A stretch of DNA of 64,000 nt from Chrysomallon squamiferum. Taxonomy: Eukaryota; Animalia; Mollusca. Below are positions 63,901-64,000 of this stretch, piece by piece. The notes beneath the pieces are model-generated. The model was not told the DNA's origin. It saw only the letters and a program-made list of their open reading frames with translations, and made no database searches. The position numbers were made by a program, and so were the translations under genes. The stretch covers positions 13,578,001-13,642,000 of the forward strand of contig CM022672.1 of the NCBI GenBank assembly GCA_012295275.1. The letters run 5' to 3'. Within the stretch, counting starts at the first letter, position 1. Each line of letters opens with the position of its first letter.

Positions 63901-64000
63901 TAATATTAGAACAAAATGCATTTCTGAAATTCCCAAGGCTAAGACCATATGATATTGAATATACAGATTTTGGTATTAAACAATTTGATTCATTGCTTTT

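Overview
AT-rich, microsatellite-rich animal genomic DNA, probably molluscan (gastropod-like; inferred from recalled repeat families, not searched). It holds two convergent multi-exon genes, each missing its 5' end. (1) Minus strand, 41613 to 18422: a canonical laminin gamma chain (LAMC1/LanB2 type). 26 GT-AG exons join in phase into about 1477 aa: partial LN domain, LE repeats, L4 domain, nidogen-binding NIDPNAV loop, coiled coil and a CFKNIEIEP tail. Its first exon lies beyond a >22 kb intron that runs off the window. (2) Plus strand, 319/807 to 9098: a strongly divergent laminin-beta-like coiled-coil chain of about 600 aa in view, running from GNFPHCVYCGECFDNW to STCATN*. It lacks the Cys-rich L-beta knob and appears to be preceded by a non-LE micro-exon. 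The most unusual signals are this knob-less beta-like chain lying tail-to-tail with gamma, and repeated tandem amplification of exon/intron junctions into introns, including six copies of the terminal-exon acceptor. Also present: a 2 kb (GTGTG)n satellite, several minisatellites, a MITE, SINE-like relics, a cluster of ATGAATATTCAT palindromes and a candidate recursive splice site. All exon boundaries were read by eye; no database search was possible.
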